The notes beneath the pieces were generated by a model. It did no database searches, had not been told where the DNA came from, and was given only the letters and a program-made list of their open reading frames with translations. Positions 61,774 through 64,000 of a stretch of DNA of 64,000 nt are shown here, one piece after another. Origin of the DNA: an uncultured bacterium (GTDB taxonomy: Bacteria > Chlamydiota > Chlamydiia > Chlamydiales > SM23-39); contig OY970323.1 of assembly GCA_963716985.1 (NCBI GenBank), forward strand, positions 1 through 64,000, given 5' to 3'. Made by a program: the position numbers and the translations under genes. How positions within the stretch are numbered: position 1 is the first letter of the stretch; the number at the start of each line of letters is the position of its first letter.

Positions 61774-63930
61774 ATGAGTTACTTACAATCCTTTCGTGAA
61801 AGAATCGCATCCGATGACTACACGGGATTTTTAAAACTTTGGGAAGAATATTGCTATAGCGATGAACCAAACGGAGTCGAATTAAAACAGGTTCTTATAG
61901 AAACGAAAAATTCCGATCTCAGAGAGCCCTTCGGCAACCACGTCAATCGTACGATTCCTCTTTGGCGAGAAATTCAAGACCCCTCTCTTCGCCATGAAAT
62001 TATCAAATTGATCTTCGATATCGAGACCACCAATACGGAAGAGCTGGCAGAGCTTGCTTATGTCTACTTGCAAGAAAAATATCCCGAAGATCCTCTTTTC
62101 GAAGAAAAATTAAAATTAGTCGGCCTGCGTTCGAGAGACAACTTCCAGGGAGCCATTAGCAACTTTGAACTTCTTTCGCACATCGGAAAGGGAAAATTTG
62201 TCTTCCATAAAGCCGGATGGGGCACAGGAGAAATTCTCGATTTTTCACAAGTCCGAGAAGAAATGACCCTGGAATTTGATTTTGTCATGGGGCCGAAACA
62301 GCTCTCTTACGAGAATGCCATGAAAACCCTGATCCCTCTGTCCGACGACCATTTTCTTTCCAGGCGTTTTGGCAATCCCGATCTTTTAGAAAAAGAGGCT
62401 AGAGAAAATCCGACGGATATCATTTACCTTCTCCTCAAGGATTTGGGGCCGAAAACCGCTGCAGAGATCAAGGAGGAAATGGAAGAGCTGATCATTCCCG
62501 AAAAAGAGTGGGCGAAATGGTGGCAGACGGTAAGAACCAAGCTCAAAAGAGACACAAGAATTCTCTGTCCCGAAAATCTTAAGGAACCTTTCCGGCTGCG
62601 AGAGGGTGAAATCACCCACGAAGAGGCGCTCTATAAATCTCTGGAAACAAAACCCTCTATTGAAAATACCATCCAGATGATTCATGGCTACTTTCGTGAT
62701 TTTTCCAAAGCGCAGCACAACCAGGAGCTCAAATCCAATCTCGAGATCAAACTTAAGGAGCTGCTTGCCGAAAAAACCCTGTTGGACCATCAGAAGATTC
62801 AGGTGATTCTTCTCTTAGAAGAAATTGGCCATGCCGAAACCCTTCCCCTTCTCACTCCCTTGATCGAACAATCCCAAAACCTTGTGGACTTGGTCAAAAG
62901 CATTGAAATTTTAGCCTTCAAAAAACGATTTCTCTCCCTTGTTCAAAAAACACGCAGCGACTGGCAGGATCTCTTCTTTACCCTTTTCTTTACACTTCCG
63001 CAAAACACCCTGCGCGATTTTCTCTTCCATGAGTTGGAAAGCAACATGTCCGCCGATGTTTTGAATAAAAAAATCAACGAGCTTGCCCACAATTCTATTG
63101 CCTATCCCCACGTTTTTGTCTGGTATTTTCAGCGATTGCTTGAAAAGAAAAGCCACATCCCTTTCAGCGATACGAAAGGACACATTCGCTTCTTTGAAAA
63201 CTTTCTCATCCTTCTCGACCACCTCGATCAAAAAATAGAGTTTCGAGAGCTGGCAAAAAAAATGATTCATATCTTGACCTCTCACCGCTATCTCGTCGTG
63301 CAACAAATCATGCAGATCGCATCTTACGATGAAGTGAAGGAATTTGTCCTTCTCTCCACCAAATGCCGTCTCCTTACGGATTCCGACATTAAAATCATTC
63401 GATCCTTGGCAGAAGTGGTTTATCCTTTGTTAAAAGAAACAAATGCCCCTGTCGAAAAAGAAGAAAACTTGATTCTCTGGTCGACAGAGCAAGCCTATCT
63501 GAAAATGACAAAACGCATCGAGAAAATTGCAACCGTTGACACCATCCAGAATGCGAAAGAAATCGAAGAGGCCAGAGCACATGGAGATTTGAAAGAAAAC
63601 GCCGAATATAAGGCCGCTCTCGAAAAAAGAGCGCGCCTTCAATCAGAACTCCAAAACCTTTCCAATCAGATGAACCGCGCCTGCATTATTACACAAAACG
63701 ACATCGATGTTTCTCGAGTGGGCATAGGAACCGTCATAGAATGCATGGATCACAATAAAAAGAAAAAGAGCTTTACCATCCTCGGCCCTTGGGATGCCAA
63801 TCCGGAAAAAAACATCCTTTCTTTCCAATCTAAGCTCGCACTCTCTATGCAGGGGTTAAAAGAGAAAGAGACTTTTGAATTTCAGGGAGAAACCTATACG
63901 ATCCTTTCTATCAAAAGCGTTCTGTCTTAA
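61774..63930 (+). CDS. greA: Transcription elongation factor GreA, long chlamydial form
   Basis: C-terminal EARAHGDLKENAEY and ILGPWDA motifs after a ~560-aa N-terminal extension. Confidence 0.93.
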   Translation: MSYLQSFRERIASDDYTGFLKLWEEYCYSDEPNGVELKQVLIETKNSDLREPFGNHVNRTIPLWREIQDPSLRHEIIKLIFDIETTNTEELAELAYVYLQEKYPEDPLFEEKLKLVGLRSRDNFQGAISNFELLSHIGKGKFVFHKAGWGTGEILDFSQVREEMTLEFDFVMGPKQLSYENAMKTLIPLSDDHFLSRRFGNPDLLEKEARENPTDIIYLLLKDLGPKTAAEIKEEMEELIIPEKEWAKWWQTVRTKLKRDTRILCPENLKEPFRLREGEITHEEALYKSLETKPSIENTIQMIHGYFRDFSKAQHNQELKSNLEIKLKELLAEKTLLDHQKIQVILLLEEIGHAETLPLLTPLIEQSQNLVDLVKSIEILAFKKRFLSLVQKTRSDWQDLFFTLFFTLPQNTLRDFLFHELESNMSADVLNKKINELAHNSIAYPHVFVWYFQRLLEKKSHIPFSDTKGHIRFFENFLILLDHLDQKIEFRELAKKMIHILTSHRYLVVQQIMQIASYDEVKEFVLLSTKCRLLTDSDIKIIRSLAEVVYPLLKETNAPVEKEENLILWSTEQAYLKMTKRIEKIATVDTIQNAKEIEEARAHGDLKENAEYKAALEKRARLQSELQNLSNQMNRACIITQNDIDVSRVGIGTVIECMDHNKKKKSFTILGPWDANPEKNILSFQSKLALSMQGLKEKETFEFQGETYTILSIKSVLS

Positions 63931-63978
63931 AGTCCTCTGGCTGAATAAGCCGTGCTGGTTCGAGTCCAGTTCCGAGCA
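63926..63978 (+). pseudogene. 3' half of a tRNA-Leu(TAA)
   Basis: Anticodon loop CTTAAAG, long variable arm GGCT-GAATA-AGCC, T-arm GCTGG-TTCGAGT-CCAGT and acceptor 3' strand TCCGAGC-A; no matching 5' half upstream. Confidence 0.75.
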
Positions 63979-64000
63979 TTTTTGCGAGAGAAAGAAACCC

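Noticed and set aside
61774..63930. Unusually long GreA (and the double-length ThyX at 56556-58214)
   Set aside because: Both are the known chlamydial forms.

Overview
This 64 kb window is bacterial chromosome, almost certainly from an environmental Chlamydiota: TopA has a C-terminal SWIB domain, GreA is the ~720-aa form, ThyX is the tandem-domain form and a YjbH-like protein is present. Housekeeping genes (groES-groEL, putA-like, uvrD/pcrA, rpoN, topA, uvrB, thyX, greA) are interleaved with accessory content. (i) A TpsA/haemagglutinin-like gene runs off the left edge and has only a broken tpsB remnant upstream. (ii) A 9-kb array (12.5-21.3 kb) holds four mosaic paralogs of an unrecognised membrane-anchored, effector-like family carrying six copies of a ~220-aa domain. 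It was built by segmental duplication and contains a MITE in two orientations, IS3/IS110 fragments and an orphan omega/HEARO RNA. (iii) There is a cluster of small Inc-like membrane proteins. (iv) A large surface-glycan locus encodes GT2/GT4/GT9 enzymes, a Wzy/WaaL-like protein, an ABC flippase, a CDP-sugar pathway with a C-methyltransferase and O-methyltransferases. (v) An autotransporter has a beta-propeller-like passenger. (vi) OMEGA-type mobile elements include an IS605 with dead tnpA and intact tnpB inserted at the thyX stop codon. A complete protein-less IscB-type omegaRNA element sits between the RBS and the ATGAA start of a gene, directly behind a host promoter, and a further such end abuts another ATGAA start. 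The PutA-like protein has lost its aldehyde-dehydrogenase catalytic residues, and a lone tRNA-Leu 3' half follows greA. All calls come from motif recognition by eye; no database searches were run.
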